DNA from: Nitrospirota bacterium
Lineage (GTDB): Bacteria > Nitrospirota > Nitrospiria > Nitrospirales > NS-4
Reading direction: 5' to 3'
Length of the DNA stretch: 64,000 nt
Assembly: GCA_963788195.1 (NCBI GenBank)
Contig: CAWBGA010000013.1
Span: forward strand, 352,001-416,000
In this document: piece by piece, positions 19,522 through 32,572 of the stretch
Numbering within the stretch: the first letter of the stretch is position 1
How the letters are laid out: each line of letters starts with the position of its first letter
The notes under the pieces: generated by a model
Seen by the model: only the letters and a program-made list of their open reading frames with translations
What the model was told of the DNA's origin: nothing
Databases searched by the model: none
Position numbers and translations under genes: made by a program

Positions 19522-21750
19522 TTGTATTTCCTCGCAGCGATCGTCGGCGCGAGCATAGTATCTATGCTGGTTGATCCGACGCAACACTTCCTGGGATGGC
19601 TGCTTTCCGTCTCAGTGATCATAGCGTTACTGCTCGGGGTCGGCGAATACGTTAGGGCGAGGTTCCTGAAGCGCGAGGTTAAAGAGGTCGGCGCGTCAGA
19701 ACTTTCCCCTCACGCGCACAACCTGGAGGCAGACGAGCCTTTCCGGGCTGTCGCCGAAACGGCCAGCGACGGCATCATATCGGCCGACGAGAATGGAGAT
19801 ATCATCTACTGGAATCCCGCTGCCGAGAAGATCTTTGGATACTCGATGGCACAGGCGCGTGGACGATCGCTTACGCTTCTTATGCCGGAACGACTGCGCA
19901 AAGCTCATCAGGAGGGAATGAAGCGAGTGGTCGCGCAGGGCGAGTCCCGGCTGCTCGGAAAAGTGGTTGAATTAACCGGACTAAAGAAAGACGGGAGGGA
20001 GTTCCCCTTAGAGCTTTCGCTTTCAACCTGGACGACATCAGAACGTCGAGGCTTCACGGGGATCGTTCGCGATATCACCCTCCGCAAACAACTCGAACGA
20101 CGCATGACCGCTGAGCATGCGGTGACTCGATTTTTGGCTGAGTCTCCCACGCTTGGGGAAGTGGCCCCGAAAATCCTACAGGCGATCTGCGAAAGCCTGG
20201 GATGGGAAATGGGCGCTTTTTGGCGTGTCGACCAGGAGGGCGATGTTATCCGCTGCAGCGATGTCTGGCATTCTCCGTCGGTCAACGTTGCGAAGTTTAC
20301 AGAATTCAGCAAGCAGACCGTCTTTACTCGGGGACTCGGACTGCCCGGTCGGGTCTGGGCCAGTGGGGAGCCATCCTGGATCACCGACGTACTGCAGGAT
20401 GCCAACTTCCCACGTGCGCCGATTGCCGCGAGAGAAGGCCTTCACGGAGCGCTCTGTTTCCCGATTCGAAGGGCAGGCTTGGTGCTGGGGGTCATGGAGT
20501 TCTTCAGTCGAAAAATCCAGGAGCCAGACGACGGCCTACTACAGATGCTCGCCGCCATTGGTAGCCAGATCGGTCAATTTATGGAGCGCAAGCGGGCAGA
20601 GGAGCAGATCAGCTCTCTCAAAGAATATGTCCAAATGATCCTCGATAGCGTGCCGGATCCCATTGTCATTCTCAATCAGGATGCGCAAGTTCAATACATC
20701 AATAGAGCCTCGTACAAGGTGTTTAACCTGTATCCATCTGATGTGAAACACCGTCCGCTGTTCGACCTGCTCAAGGTCGATGTGTCCACCCGGGAGGAAT
20801 TGCGCAGCGAACTCGGAAGCTATGCAAAAAGCAGGCAGCAGCAACCTGTCCTTGCTGCGGATTATGGGACGGACGTGCCGCTTCGAGACCCGCTTGCTCC
20901 TCAAAAAAACATGAGCGAGAGGCATCACCGCAAGGAGATCAAGTTTGGACGGCGCACATATCATTACACCTGTTTTCCTGTCGAGGGGCATTCGGATGAG
21001 GGGAAATTGACGGGCCTTGTGCTTCGGGACACCACAGAAGAGAGCAGCCTCCAGGACCAACTCATTCAGGCTGAGAAACTGGCGGGGATTGCCCTGCTTA
21101 CCTCCGGTCTCGGCCACGAGCTGAATAATCCCCTCTATAGCGTGTTAGGACTAAGCGAGGCGATTATCGATGAACATGATGCCGCCATCATGAAGGAACA
21201 TGCCAAAGTTATCGTAGAGGAAGCCAGGCGCATGGGCCGAATCATAAAGGATCTCACCGGCCGGAGCGCAATTGAAGCGAGCGATCTGCGGGTGGAGGTG
21301 GACGTCAACGAGCAGTTGAATTATGCGTTAGGCTTGACATTGCCCGTGCCACCAGACAAAAACCTCCAAGTGGAAAAAAGGCTTGCTGCGACGCGCAAAA
21401 TTTGGGCAAATCCTTTCGAGGTACGTCAAGTGTTTGTGAATATTATTAGCAATGCCATTCAGGCCATGAAGGGGAATGGGACGCTGGAGCTTGCGAGCGA
21501 CATTAATGATGGAGACGGTATGGTGAGAATCATAATTCGGGACTCAGGGCCCGGCATTGCCGCTCCGCATGTGTCTAAAATTTTCGATCCCTTCTTTACG
21601 ACAAAGAAGCAGGGAGAAGGGACAGGTCTTGGACTCACCATTGCCCATCGGATAGTCACAAAGCACGCTGGACAGATTCAGGTTGACACCCATGAACCGG
21701 AGGGGACGACATTTACCATAACGTTCCCGCTGATGGACACCACGACGTAG
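19522..21750 (+). CDS. Membrane PAS-GAF-PAS sensor histidine kinase (start uncertain)
   Basis: Two TM helices, PAS (WNPAAEKIFGY...KDGREFPLELS), GAF, second PAS, GHELNNPL, FDPFFTTK, GTGLGL. Confidence 0.92.
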   Translation: MYFLAAIVGASIVSMLVDPTQHFLGWLLSVSVIIALLLGVGEYVRARFLKREVKEVGASELSPHAHNLEADEPFRAVAETASDGIISADENGDIIYWNPAAEKIFGYSMAQARGRSLTLLMPERLRKAHQEGMKRVVAQGESRLLGKVVELTGLKKDGREFPLELSLSTWTTSERRGFTGIVRDITLRKQLERRMTAEHAVTRFLAESPTLGEVAPKILQAICESLGWEMGAFWRVDQEGDVIRCSDVWHSPSVNVAKFTEFSKQTVFTRGLGLPGRVWASGEPSWITDVLQDANFPRAPIAAREGLHGALCFPIRRAGLVLGVMEFFSRKIQEPDDGLLQMLAAIGSQIGQFMERKRAEEQISSLKEYVQMILDSVPDPIVILNQDAQVQYINRASYKVFNLYPSDVKHRPLFDLLKVDVSTREELRSELGSYAKSRQQQPVLAADYGTDVPLRDPLAPQKNMSERHHRKEIKFGRRTYHYTCFPVEGHSDEGKLTGLVLRDTTEESSLQDQLIQAEKLAGIALLTSGLGHELNNPLYSVLGLSEAIIDEHDAAIMKEHAKVIVEEARRMGRIIKDLTGRSAIEASDLRVEVDVNEQLNYALGLTLPVPPDKNLQVEKRLAATRKIWANPFEVRQVFVNIISNAIQAMKGNGTLELASDINDGDGMVRIIIRDSGPGIAAPHVSKIFDPFFTTKKQGEGTGLGLTIAHRIVTKHAGQIQVDTHEPEGTTFTITFPLMDTTT

Positions 21751-21759
21751 TGTGAGAAT

Positions 21760-23016
21760 CTACGGGGAGAGGACAGGAGGACGCAGCGGAAGGCGAAGAT
21801 GAAATGACGTCCCGACGCCTTCTACGCTGTCGACTGAGATCTGACCACCGTGCGCGTCCACCACGTCTTTTATGATCTTTGTGCCGAGGCCCGTCCCGCC
21901 GGGTTTCCGACTGATGGCGCGACCCGTAAAGAGGCTGTCGCGGATCTCGGGCGGCATGCCCCGCCCGGTATCGATCACTGAAATGACAATAAAGTCCGTT
22001 TCCGTCGCGATACGACCGCGGATCGTGATAGAGCCGCCGGGGGACACCTCTGAAATGGCGTTGTTGATCAAGTTATACAGGGCGTTGTACAGACGCTGTT
22101 CATCGGCCAGGATTGCGGGCAAGGCGTCAAGTCCTTCGCAGCGCAACGAGATGCTTTTTTCTTCCGCTACCATGCGCAGGGTCTCCAAGACGTTCTGTGA
22201 CACCGTCATGAGACGACATTTCTCGAAGCGTGGAGGACAACTCAGCCCCTTTACGCAGTCACCTATTTCCTTGACGCGATCCTGAATACGCCTTGCAGCG
22301 TTCCGCAGCATTCCGAGGACCATGTAGCATCGTTCCGATGCTTTCTCATCGTGGGGAGTCGGCACCCGGCTCAGAAGCGAATCCAGCTCTTCATGAAGGA
22401 TCCCGGCTCCCATAATGACAGGGGCCAACATATTCCTTACATCGTGACCGATATCGCCGAGCAGCCGCACGACTTCAGCGAGCTTCGCGTCTTCATAGAG
22501 GCGGGCCTGCTCAATGGCGGTCGCCGTCAAGGATGAAATGATCGTTAGGATGGAAAGGTCGTCTTTATCAAGCTTTCCTTTGCGTTTATTCAGTACGGTA
22601 AGGACGCCAATAGGCTCGCCCTCCCATCGTTTCAGCGGAAGCGTGATCATGTCGCGGGTCGAGTAGCCGGTGAGATCATCTATGCCGGCGAAATGACGGG
22701 TGTCGGCCTTCACATTTTCAATGACGGCGGGTTCCCCCGAATGGAACACAGCCCCCACAATGCCGTAATCCCAGGAGATTGCCGTGCCCGGCGCCACCGG
22801 TCTTACTCCGACAGAATATTGAAAGATTAATTGTCGGGATTCTGAATTGGCAAGGAGCAGGGATCCGGCCTCCGCCCCCACTACCTCCAATGCCGTGTGT
22901 AAAGCGTTTTCGATGAGTTTATCAACACGTGTGTGCTGAAACAGGGCTTCGCTGATCCGTCGGGCAGCCTCTAGTTCACGCTCCTTCTGAAATAGTCGTT
23001 GAGCCTGGGTACTCAC
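21760..23016 (-). CDS. GAF-domain sensor histidine kinase 3
   Basis: Colinear paralog of kinases 1 and 2; GHDVRN, NLINNA, DTGRGM, GGTGLG. Confidence 0.93.
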   Translation of the reverse strand: MSTQAQRLFQKERELEAARRISEALFQHTRVDKLIENALHTALEVVGAEAGSLLLANSESRQLIFQYSVGVRPVAPGTAISWDYGIVGAVFHSGEPAVIENVKADTRHFAGIDDLTGYSTRDMITLPLKRWEGEPIGVLTVLNKRKGKLDKDDLSILTIISSLTATAIEQARLYEDAKLAEVVRLLGDIGHDVRNMLAPVIMGAGILHEELDSLLSRVPTPHDEKASERCYMVLGMLRNAARRIQDRVKEIGDCVKGLSCPPRFEKCRLMTVSQNVLETLRMVAEEKSISLRCEGLDALPAILADEQRLYNALYNLINNAISEVSPGGSITIRGRIATETDFIVISVIDTGRGMPPEIRDSLFTGRAISRKPGGTGLGTKIIKDVVDAHGGQISVDSVEGVGTSFHLRLPLRPPVLSP

Positions 23017-23255
23017 CCTTTTCGTTTCACGACGCAGTCCATAGAGACTATTTCAGTCCCACCCGGCTGTGTTTGGGAGGGACAGTTTCTTCATACGGAG
23101 CCCGAGCTCTCCCACGAGCCAAACGGGTATACTAGTCTAGACGTTTTTCAATTGAATAGGGAACATTTTATCCTTGCAAAAACCCTTAGTTGGGAGCACC
23201 GTAGTGAAGCTCGTCCTATGGCTGCTTTGGTTATATCGGAAGGTACCACCCAGTC

Positions 23256-23625
23256 CTATTGCACCCGCCCGCCAAGCCGAGCTTGCTCGACCACTACACC
23301 CGGCCCACCCCAGAACTCGCCATTGCACCCTCCCCAGCCTGGAGACCCCTTGTACAGGAAGGCAAAGGGTGCCTCGGACAAACTCCTTTGCCCTATTACA
23401 CCCGCCCGCCCTGGAGTTTCATTTCACCCGCCCACCCCAAGCCTGCCAAGACAGGCTTTTGTCCCGTGGGACAAACTCCTTTGCCCCTGGACGAGTTCGT
23501 CTCGCCCATGGGCCTGATGATTATTTTGAGGCCGCCGGGGATAGTTTCTCTGCTCTTTGTTTTGCCTTTTGCACCCGCCCACCCCGGCGCTGCCAGGACA
23601 GCGCCTTGTCCCGTGGCACCCGCCG
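23256..23625. repeat. Mosaic cluster of C-tract/hairpin repeats plus modules shared with 46319-46504
   Basis: Hairpins AAGCCTG-CCAAGA-CAGGCTT (23439-23458) and GGCGCTG-CCAGGA-CAGCGCC (23586-23605), each after CACCCGCCCACCCC; GGCCTGATGA... module at 23511-23567. Confidence 0.85.
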
Positions 23626-23712
23626 CGCCGCGGGCCTGCCGGGTCTGAGCCGTGGCCCCATGAGACAATCCAAAAACACAGGCGGCCTTCGATCTAAGAG
23701 GGGAGCCGAAGC

Positions 23713-26700
23713 GTGCTGGTGAGCCGTAAAACCTTCCTCGGAAACACGCTCCATTTTCTCTCAAGCTTTGGGAGCAATGGCGGGGGACCATCGTACGCAG
23801 GTGACGATTTACCGCCTCTGAGGTCGGAACTTTTCAGCGCGGACCAAATGGAGCAGCACGGCAAGACCCTGGCAGGCCAGCACACATTGAGTACGCAGAG
23901 CGTACGTGACGAACTGCTGCCGCGATTGGCCGACAACGAACGGGTTCTGCTTCGAGTGCACAACCTTCTGGCAGAGGCCGTCAAGGCGAATCGCCGGATT
24001 ACGCCAGCAGGAGAATGGCTACTGGATAATTTCTATCTGATTGAAGAGCAGATCCGGATGGCTAAAAGACATCTGCCTAAGGTGTATAGCCGGGAACTTC
24101 CCCGTCTGCTCAATGGGCCGTCGGCCGGGCTTCCCCGCGTGTATGACATTGCCCTTGAGACAATCTCCCATGGCGACGGAAGAGTCGATCCAGAGAGTCT
24201 CGGCAGTGTCGTGGCCGCGTACCAGACCGTCAGCCTCCTGAAGTTAGGCGAATTGTGGGCTATCCCTATCATGCTACGTCTCGCCCTGATCGAGAATCTT
24301 CGCCGCGCGGGCGCTCGCATTGCCGCAAACAGAATCGACCGAAATCTTGCCGACCACTGGGCGGACCAGATGTTGGAAGTCGCGGCGAAGGATGCGAAGA
24401 GTTTGATCCTCGTGATTGCAGACATGGCCCGTTCGAACCCCCCCATGGGCAGTTCGTTTGTCGCGGAGTTTGCCCGTCGGTTACAAGGACAGAGCCCGGC
24501 TTTATCCTTGCCGCTAACGTGGATCGAGCAGCAATTGTCCGAGTCTGGATTGACGATTGATCTGCTGGTGCAGTCGGAAAATCAACAACAGGCCGCGGAC
24601 CAGGTCTCCATCAGTAACAGCATCGGCAGTCTCCGATTTTTGGGAGCGATGGATTGGCGCGAGTTTGTCGAGACCATGAGCGTGGTCGAACGTACCTTGC
24701 GTCAGGATATGGGCGGCGTCTACGGCAAGATGGATTTTGCCACGCGAGATCAATACCGTCATGTCGTAGAGAAGATTGCCAAAAACGCTCGGTTATCCGA
24801 AGCCGAGGTCGCGCACAAGGCGATTCAACTGGCGAACGACGCCGTTTTAAAAGGTGGGCGTGCCAACCGTGCGGCCCACGTCGGGTTCTATCTAATTGAT
24901 AAGGGTTTGGAACAGCTTGAACTGGCGCTGCAACCCCGGCGCCCTAGGGTCGATGTCCTTCGCAGTATAGCCGCGCGCTCTCCCCTTTCTATTTATCTAG
25001 GCGGCATCCTGCTTCTGACTGCGATCGTTGCCGGGTGGTTTGTCGCAGAGGCGCATGCCGGAGGGGTATCCGGCTGGTTGCTCCTGCTGGTCGGCGTCGT
25101 GTCCGGTGTATGCGCCAGTCATCTAGCCGTCGCGTTGGTGAATTGGGTGGCAACGTTAGTCGTGACACCGGATCACTTGCCACGAATGAATTTATCACAA
25201 GGGATTCCGGCTGAGTTACGCACGCTCGTCGTGGTCCCGACGATGCTCCTGAGCGCCCAGGATATCGAGCACCAGGTAGAGGCGCTTGAAGTCAGATTCC
25301 TGGCGAATCGGGACGAAAATCTTCACTTCGGCCTGCTGACGGATTTTCGAGATGCGGACGAGGAGACGCTCCCCGAGGACGAACAGCTTTTGCAGTTGGC
25401 CCAAAACAGAATTGAAGAGCTGAACGAAAAGTATAAAGGAGCAAAGGCGGACACGTTTTTTCTTTTTCATCGACCGCGGCGCTGGAACGCTCAAGAGGAG
25501 ATGTGGATGGGGTACGAGCGTAAGCGCGGAAAGCTGGGTGATTTAAATTCGTTTTTGCGAGGCGGCTCTCAAGACCGTTTTGCCCGTATCGTCGGCAAGA
25601 CGGACGTGTTATCGAACGTCAAATATGTCATCACCCTTGATACGGATACGCAGCTGCCACGCGATGCCGCCCAGCAGTTCGTGGGCGCGATGGCCCATCC
25701 TCTGAATCGTCCGGAATATGACGAGGTCCAGCAGCGCGTGACTGAGGGATACGGCATCCTGCAGCCACGCGTGGCCGTAAGCCTCCCGAGCAAGGACCGG
25801 TCTCGGTATGCGCGGCTATGCGGAAGCGAGCCGGGCGTCGATCCTTATACCCGTGAGGTTTCGGACGTCTATCAGGACGTGTTCCGTGAAGGCTCGTTCA
25901 TCGGCAAGGGGATTTACGACGTTGATGCATTCGAGCGGGCCCTCAAAGCACGCTTTCCAGAGAATCGCATTCTCAGCCATGATCTGCTGGAAGGGTGTTA
26001 TGCGCGGGCGGGGCTCTTAAGCGATGTGCAGTTGTATGAGGAGTATCCGTCGCGTTACAGCACCGACATCAACCGCCGCCGTCGTTGGATTCATGGAGAC
26101 TGGCAGCTTGCGCCGTGGTTGCTTCCGCGAATCCCGGCAGTTGGGGGGCGGAGCCAGCGAAACTTACTCTCGGGCCTATCTCAATGGAAGATCTTTGATA
26201 ATCTGAGGCGCAGTCTTGTGCCTCCCGCCTTGACCCTTCTGTTGATCTTAGCGTGGACCTTCTTGTCCCCGGTTTGGTTTTGGACCCTGGCGGTGCTCGG
26301 CATCCTGCTGATGCCTTCTCTGATAGCCTCTATTCTGGACATACTTCGGAAGCCCCAGGATGTCCTCATGAGTCACCATATGGCTACAGCGCTCAGTTCG
26401 GCCGGCCGTCACGGTGCTCAGGCGCTGTTCATGCTGGTGTGTCTGCCCTATGAGGCGGCCGTCAGCCTGAATGCGATTGTGCGTACTGCCTGGCGCCTAC
26501 TGATCTCACAGAAACGACTTCTCGAATGGACTTTGTCGGGTCAGAAAGAACGCGATAGCCGCACCGACATCATCGCTTTTGGCCGGATGATGTCGGTCGC
26601 GCCGCTGACCGCCTCCGCTGTGGCCATGTATCTGGTGGTTGAGAGGCCGGCTGCCTTACCTGCGGCCGTTGCGATTCTTGTCCTGTGGTATGCGTCACCC

Positions 26701-29700
26701 GTTATTGCATGGTGGATGAGCCGGCCCGTGGTCCGGCGAAACACCCAGTTGACGGCGGAGCAGGAAGTTTTTCTCAGAAAGATCTCGCGCAAGACCTGGG
26801 CGTTCTTTGAAACCTTCGTCGGTCCTGAAGATCACTGGCTGCCGCCTGATAATTTTCAGGAACACCCTGTGCCCACGGTTGCGCACCGTACCTCGCCGAC
26901 GAACATGGGACTGGCGTTGCTCGCAAATCTCTCCGCTTACGACTTCGGATATATTTCAGCCGGACAGCTGATCGAGCGCACGACGAATGCACTGCACACG
27001 ATGGATGCGCTCGAACGGCACCGGGGCCATTTCTATAACTGGTACGACACGCAGTCCCTGAAGCCACTCTTGCCACTGTACGTCTCCACAGTGGATAGCG
27101 GGAATCTTGGAGGACATCTCCTGACATTACGGGCAGGTCTGCTCGCTCTGGCTGATGACAAGATCGTGGCAAGCCAATTCCTAAACGGTCTCAGCGATAT
27201 GGTCGGGATATTAGTCGACACTGCCGGGGGGCATGAAGCCGCCGCGTTGGATGCCTTTAGTGAGGACCTCGAGCTCGCGCGCGCCTCGCCACCGGCCACG
27301 CTGGCCGCCGCGCGCTCCTGCCTCGACACGTTGGCCGCGCGCGCGTTGGAGCTGGCCCAGGCAGCCGATGCCGGACCCGACGACGAAGGCAAGGGCTGGG
27401 CGCAGGCGCTTGTCCTGCAGTGCCGGAACATGCAGGATGAACTGACGTGGCTCGCTCCCTGGACGACGATCACCGGCTCTCACGGCCCGCTGGGCGAATT
27501 TCTCGGCACTCTTGAAATCCCGTCGCTGCGTGAATTGACCGGCCTGGAGATGCAGGTGCCAGCCTCGCTCGAGGCGCCGCCCGACGCGGCGGCGACGGCG
27601 GAGGAAAGCGAGTTGCGGCAACTAGTGGCGGTAGCAGGTTCCCGCGCTAGGGCCAGGATCGCGGCCATCGAACACCTCGCAGCGCAATCCGCCGAATTCG
27701 CCAGTATCGAATATGACTTTCTCTTCGACAGAGCCCGGCACTTGCTGGCCATTGGTTACAATGTCAGCGAGCGACGCAGCGACGCAAGTTACTACGATTT
27801 GCTCGCCTCGGAAGCGCGACTCTGTAGCTTTGTGGCGATTGCCCAGGGGCAGCTCCCGCAGCAGAGCTGGTTTGCGCTGGGACGTCTGCTGACCACCGCG
27901 GGTGGAAATCCCGTCCTCGTTTCATGGAGCGGTTCGATGTTTGAGTATCTCATGCCGCTCTTGATCATGCCGACGTATGAAAATACGCTGCTTGACCAAA
28001 CCTATAGAGCGGCCGTCGACGCACAGATTCAGTATGGGAGACAGCGCGGCACGCTGTGGGGCATGTCCGAATCCGGCTACAACACGATTGATGTTCACCA
28101 CAACTACCAGTATCGCGCGTTCGGCGTGCCGGGGCTGGGGTTGAAACGGGGACTGGGCGAGGATCTGGTGATTGCGCCTTACGCGTCGGCACTCGCTCTC
28201 ATGGTCGATCCTGAGGAGGCCTGTCTTAATCTGGAGCGATTGGCCGAGAGAGGTTTTGAAGGGCAATACGGGTTCTATGAAGCAATCGACTATACCCCGT
28301 CCCGCCTTCCACGGGGCAAGTCAAGCGCGATCATCCGATCATTTATGGCACATCACCAGGGCATGACCTTGCTTTCCCTGGCCTATGTGCTTCTCGACCG
28401 TCCGATGCAAAAACGATTTCAATCGGATCGGTTGTTTCAGGCCACGACTCTATTGCTCCAGGAACGCATTCCGAAGGCTACGCCGTTTTACTCGCATACG
28501 GCCGAGCTCTTCGACTTGTCGACAACTTCGAGTGGGCCCCAGTCGCCGGTCCGCGTATTTACCACGCCGAACACCCCGGTCCCCGAGGTACAGCTATTGT
28601 CGAACGGCAGATACCATGTCATGGCCACGAACGCCGGCGGCGGTTACAGTCGTTGGAAGGACATCGCCGTCACACGCTGGCGTGAGGACAGCACCTGTGA
28701 CAACAGCGGCACCTTTTGCTACATCCGCGACGTGACGACAGGGGAGGTCTGGTCAACGACGTATCAACCGACCCTTAAGAAGGTGAAAAGTTATGAGGCT
28801 ATTTTCTCCGAGGGGCGTGCGGAGTTCCGTTGCCACCACCAGGGCCTTGAAACGCACATGGAGATCGCAGTGTCGCCGGAGGATGACATCGAGTTGCGAC
28901 GAGTCAGGTTGACGAACGCCTCGCGCGGCCGCAGGGTGATCGATATCACGAGTTACGCCGAGGTGGTTCTCGCATCGCCGGTGGCCGACGCGCTGCATCC
29001 GGCGTTCAGTAATCTATTCGTTCAGACGGAGGTTCTGCCCCAGCGACAGGCGATCCTCTGCACGCGCAGGCCACGGTCTTCCGACGAGCGGACGCCATGG
29101 ATGCTTCACCTGATGGCCGTGCACGGGACCACTCCTGCGGGCATCTCGTACGAGACGGATCGCATGCGGTTTATCGGGCGCGGCAATACGCTGGTCAATC
29201 CCCAAGCCCTCAGAGATTCGGAGGAGCTCTCGGGCACTCAGGGATCCGTGCTGGATCCGATCGTCGCCATCCGCTGCCGGATCATATTGGAACCAGACGA
29301 GACGGCCACGATCAATATCGTGTCCGGCATCGCCGAAACACGTGATATCTGCCTGGGGCTCGTTGAAAAATATCAGGATCGGCGCCTGGCCGATCGCGTG
29401 CTGGATTTGGCATGGACGCATAGCCAGGTCGTCTTAAGGCAGATCAATGCTACGGAGGCCGACGCGCAACTTTACGGCCGTCTTGCCGGTTCTGTTCTAT
29501 ATCCCAGTCCGGTGCTTCGCGCCGAGGCCGCCGTGCTCACCAAGAACCGCCGCGGACAATCCGGGCTCTGGGGCTATGCCATTTCGGGCGATCTCCCGAT
29601 CGTCCTCTTGCGTATAGGAGACCAGGCGAACATCGATCTCGTGCGTCAACTGGTCCAAGCTCACGCGTACTGGCGATTAAAAGGCCTGTCGGTCGATCTG

Positions 29701-32421
29701 GTGATTTGGAATGAGGATCACGCCGGGTACCGGCAATTATTACATGACCAAATCATGGGGCTCATTGCCGCGTGGATTGGGGCCAACGCGACAGATCGAC
29801 CGGGGGGCATCTTTGTCAGGCCTGAAGAGCAGATATCGAACGAGGACCGCGTTCTGATCCAGACGGTTGCCCGCGCCATCATCATCGACAGCGCGGGAAC
29901 CCTTGCGGACCAGATCAGCCGTCGCAGTCCGGCGGAGACCATGGTCCCTCGTTTCACTCCCACCCGTGCGCTTCGAGCCGAGCCTTCATCAGGCGGAGAG
30001 GCGCCTCGACGTGATCTGCTGTTCTTCAATGGACTGGGAGGGTTCACTCCCGATGGGCGCGAGTACGTCATTACGACGACCCGCGAACATATAACGCCGG
30101 CTCCCTGGGTGAATATCCTGGCGAATGCGGAATTCGGAACCGTCATCTCGGAGAACGGCGTGGGCTATACCTGGAGTGAGAATGCCCACGAGTTCCGTCT
30201 GACTCCATGGCATAACGATCCGGTGACCGATTGCAGCGGGGAGGCCTTTTACCTCCGCGACGAGGAGAGTGGGCAGTTCTGGTCACCCATGCCGCTGCCG
30301 AGTCGAGGATCCGGCGCATACGTCAGCCGCCATGGTTTTGGCTACAGTGTGTTTGAGCACACAGAGGCGGGCATCAGTACCGAGTTGTGGGTGTATGTCG
30401 GTCAGGATGTCTCTATCAAATACACTGTGGTCAAGGTGCGAAACACATCCGGGCGGGCTCGCCGCCTTTCTGTGACAGGATACGTGGAATGGGTGTTGGC
30501 GGATCTGCGGCCAAAATCGACCATGCATGTGGTCACCGAGATCGACGCGAAGACCGGAGCGCTCCTGGCACGAAATTCCTACAATTCAGAATTTCCAGAT
30601 CGGACGGCGTTTTTTCACCTGAATGAAGCGACGCGCACGGTGACGGGCGACCGGACTGAATTTCTTGGTCGTAATGGAACCCTCATGAGTCCGGCGGCCA
30701 TGACCCGTGGGCGACTTTCAGGCAAGGTCGGGGCGGCGTTGGATCCCTGCGGAGCGCTCCAGGTTACTTTCGATTTGGCCGACGGGCAGGAGCGTGAATT
30801 AGTCTTCATGCTGGGCGTTGGCAGAAATGCGGAGAATGCCCGCGACCTGCTCCAGCGCTACCGCGGATCTCAGGCCGCGCGTGACGCCCTTGAAATGGTG
30901 TGGCAGTACTGGAAGCATACCCTCGGGGCCGTGCATGTGGAAACCCCTGACAAGTCTTTGAATCTGCTGATGAACGGCTGGCTCATTTACCAGACCCTGG
31001 CATGCCGTTTTTGGGGGCGGAGCGGATACTACCAGTCAGGCGGCGCGTTCGGCTTCCGTGATCAATTACAGGACGTTATGGCGCTCATCCATGCTCAGCC
31101 GTCTCTCGTGCGCGAACACCTCTTACGCTGCGCGGCACGTCAGTTTCAAGAGGGCGATGTTCAACATTGGTGGCATCCCCCGTTAGGCCGGGGGGTGCGC
31201 ACCCGGTGTTCGGATGATTACCTTTGGTTGCCGTTGGCAACCAGTCGGTACGTGTTAACCACCGGCGATCTCGGGGTGCTGGATGAGGCCGTTCCGTTCG
31301 TCGAAGGCCGTCCGGTGAATATGGACGAAGATTCGTATTACGATCTGCCGAGCCAACCCGAGAAAGAGGCCACTCTCTATGAACACTGTGTTCGTGCCGT
31401 ATTAAATGGCCTCAAATTTGGGGAGCGGGGTCTGCCTCTCATCGGCTCCGGTGACTGGAACGACGGTATGAACATCGTAGGAAAATACGGGAAAGGTGAA
31501 AGTGTTTGGTTGGGATTTTTCCTTTATGAAGTGCTTATCCAGTTTGCCGCGGTCGCGCGTCTGCGTCGTGACGTGTCGTGCGCTGAAGGTTGCGAGAGGG
31601 AAGCCGCGCGAGTGCGGGAGAACATTGAGCTTAACGCGTGGGATGGCGAATGGTATCGCCGAGCCTATTTTGATGATGGCACGCCGCTTGGATCAGCAGG
31701 CAACCTGGAATGTCAGATCGATTCGATTGCCCAGAGTTGGTCCGTTCTGTCCGGCGCAGCCGATCCCGAGCGCTCGCGCAGCGCCATGGAAGCGGTTGAC
31801 CGACGGCTGGTTCGACGCGAGAGTGGGCTGATTCAATTATTAGACCCGCCGTTCGATACGTCAGAGTTGAATCCGGGCTATATCAAAGGATATGTCCCCG
31901 GCGTGAGAGAGAATGGCGGGCAATATACGCATGCGGCCATCTGGGCGGCGATGGCGTTCGCTGCAGTGGGGGATAGCAAGCGCGCGTGGGAACTGCTGGG
32001 AATGATCAATCCCGTAAACCATAGCCGATCTCCGGAAGGGGTTTCGACCTATAAGGTTGAACCCTACGTCATGGCTGCGGACGTCTATGCGGTGCCGCCG
32101 CACACCGGCAGGGGTGGATGGACCTGGTATACGGGTTCCGCCGGCTGGATGTACCGCTTGATCTTGGAATCTCTCCTGGGCCTGCGGCTGGAAGTAGACA
32201 AACTTCGTTTCGTGACCTGCCTGCCGGTGGATTGGAACGGCTTCAAATTGCATTATCGGTACCGGGAAACGACGTACCATATCAATGTCTTGCAAGGGGG
32301 CGCCGGTCAGGGTCAGGTGGGAGTCCTGATCGATGGGATTCTGCGAGATGACGGGGCAATCCCTCTCATTGACGACCGCCAGGAGCACGCGGTCGAGGTG
32401 ACCGTCCCTGGACGTCACTAA
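23713..32421 (+). CDS. ndvB: Cyclic beta-1,2-glucan synthase (Cgs/NdvB/ChvB type; GT84 + glucoamylase-like + GH94 domains)
   Basis: 2902 aa; [84 protein letters not shown]. Confidence 0.95.
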   Translation: MLVSRKTFLGNTLHFLSSFGSNGGGPSYAGDDLPPLRSELFSADQMEQHGKTLAGQHTLSTQSVRDELLPRLADNERVLLRVHNLLAEAVKANRRITPAGEWLLDNFYLIEEQIRMAKRHLPKVYSRELPRLLNGPSAGLPRVYDIALETISHGDGRVDPESLGSVVAAYQTVSLLKLGELWAIPIMLRLALIENLRRAGARIAANRIDRNLADHWADQMLEVAAKDAKSLILVIADMARSNPPMGSSFVAEFARRLQGQSPALSLPLTWIEQQLSESGLTIDLLVQSENQQQAADQVSISNSIGSLRFLGAMDWREFVETMSVVERTLRQDMGGVYGKMDFATRDQYRHVVEKIAKNARLSEAEVAHKAIQLANDAVLKGGRANRAAHVGFYLIDKGLEQLELALQPRRPRVDVLRSIAARSPLSIYLGGILLLTAIVAGWFVAEAHAGGVSGWLLLLVGVVSGVCASHLAVALVNWVATLVVTPDHLPRMNLSQGIPAELRTLVVVPTMLLSAQDIEHQVEALEVRFLANRDENLHFGLLTDFRDADEETLPEDEQLLQLAQNRIEELNEKYKGAKADTFFLFHRPRRWNAQEEMWMGYERKRGKLGDLNSFLRGGSQDRFARIVGKTDVLSNVKYVITLDTDTQLPRDAAQQFVGAMAHPLNRPEYDEVQQRVTEGYGILQPRVAVSLPSKDRSRYARLCGSEPGVDPYTREVSDVYQDVFREGSFIGKGIYDVDAFERALKARFPENRILSHDLLEGCYARAGLLSDVQLYEEYPSRYSTDINRRRRWIHGDWQLAPWLLPRIPAVGGRSQRNLLSGLSQWKIFDNLRRSLVPPALTLLLILAWTFLSPVWFWTLAVLGILLMPSLIASILDILRKPQDVLMSHHMATALSSAGRHGAQALFMLVCLPYEAAVSLNAIVRTAWRLLISQKRLLEWTLSGQKERDSRTDIIAFGRMMSVAPLTASAVAMYLVVERPAALPAAVAILVLWYASPVIAWWMSRPVVRRNTQLTAEQEVFLRKISRKTWAFFETFVGPEDHWLPPDNFQEHPVPTVAHRTSPTNMGLALLANLSAYDFGYISAGQLIERTTNALHTMDALERHRGHFYNWYDTQSLKPLLPLYVSTVDSGNLGGHLLTLRAGLLALADDKIVASQFLNGLSDMVGILVDTAGGHEAAALDAFSEDLELARASPPATLAAARSCLDTLAARALELAQAADAGPDDEGKGWAQALVLQCRNMQDELTWLAPWTTITGSHGPLGEFLGTLEIPSLRELTGLEMQVPASLEAPPDAAATAEESELRQLVAVAGSRARARIAAIEHLAAQSAEFASIEYDFLFDRARHLLAIGYNVSERRSDASYYDLLASEARLCSFVAIAQGQLPQQSWFALGRLLTTAGGNPVLVSWSGSMFEYLMPLLIMPTYENTLLDQTYRAAVDAQIQYGRQRGTLWGMSESGYNTIDVHHNYQYRAFGVPGLGLKRGLGEDLVIAPYASALALMVDPEEACLNLERLAERGFEGQYGFYEAIDYTPSRLPRGKSSAIIRSFMAHHQGMTLLSLAYVLLDRPMQKRFQSDRLFQATTLLLQERIPKATPFYSHTAELFDLSTTSSGPQSPVRVFTTPNTPVPEVQLLSNGRYHVMATNAGGGYSRWKDIAVTRWREDSTCDNSGTFCYIRDVTTGEVWSTTYQPTLKKVKSYEAIFSEGRAEFRCHHQGLETHMEIAVSPEDDIELRRVRLTNASRGRRVIDITSYAEVVLASPVADALHPAFSNLFVQTEVLPQRQAILCTRRPRSSDERTPWMLHLMAVHGTTPAGISYETDRMRFIGRGNTLVNPQALRDSEELSGTQGSVLDPIVAIRCRIILEPDETATINIVSGIAETRDICLGLVEKYQDRRLADRVLDLAWTHSQVVLRQINATEADAQLYGRLAGSVLYPSPVLRAEAAVLTKNRRGQSGLWGYAISGDLPIVLLRIGDQANIDLVRQLVQAHAYWRLKGLSVDLVIWNEDHAGYRQLLHDQIMGLIAAWIGANATDRPGGIFVRPEEQISNEDRVLIQTVARAIIIDSAGTLADQISRRSPAETMVPRFTPTRALRAEPSSGGEAPRRDLLFFNGLGGFTPDGREYVITTTREHITPAPWVNILANAEFGTVISENGVGYTWSENAHEFRLTPWHNDPVTDCSGEAFYLRDEESGQFWSPMPLPSRGSGAYVSRHGFGYSVFEHTEAGISTELWVYVGQDVSIKYTVVKVRNTSGRARRLSVTGYVEWVLADLRPKSTMHVVTEIDAKTGALLARNSYNSEFPDRTAFFHLNEATRTVTGDRTEFLGRNGTLMSPAAMTRGRLSGKVGAALDPCGALQVTFDLADGQERELVFMLGVGRNAENARDLLQRYRGSQAARDALEMVWQYWKHTLGAVHVETPDKSLNLLMNGWLIYQTLACRFWGRSGYYQSGGAFGFRDQLQDVMALIHAQPSLVREHLLRCAARQFQEGDVQHWWHPPLGRGVRTRCSDDYLWLPLATSRYVLTTGDLGVLDEAVPFVEGRPVNMDEDSYYDLPSQPEKEATLYEHCVRAVLNGLKFGERGLPLIGSGDWNDGMNIVGKYGKGESVWLGFFLYEVLIQFAAVARLRRDVSCAEGCEREAARVRENIELNAWDGEWYRRAYFDDGTPLGSAGNLECQIDSIAQSWSVLSGAADPERSRSAMEAVDRRLVRRESGLIQLLDPPFDTSELNPGYIKGYVPGVRENGGQYTHAAIWAAMAFAAVGDSKRAWELLGMINPVNHSRSPEGVSTYKVEPYVMAADVYAVPPHTGRGGWTWYTGSAGWMYRLILESLLGLRLEVDKLRFVTCLPVDWNGFKLHYRYRETTYHINVLQGGAGQGQVGVLIDGILRDDGAIPLIDDRQEHAVEVTVPGRH

Positions 32422-32572
32422 GCCTACTCCTGGAATCTATTGCGGACCCGTCGTAGGCATAATGCGCCCACCCAGGCTGCGTCCGTGCATGAGAGCCACT
32501 GAGAGCGCCGCGAGCGCACCGACCAGACGGCACTCCTGGCCATGGGGCATTTCGTGCGCTCCCAGTTCATAG

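Noticed and set aside
23511..23567. Hammerhead ribozyme (CTGATGA core)
   Set aside because: No stem II followed by GAAA and no matching cleavage triplet arrangement is visible.
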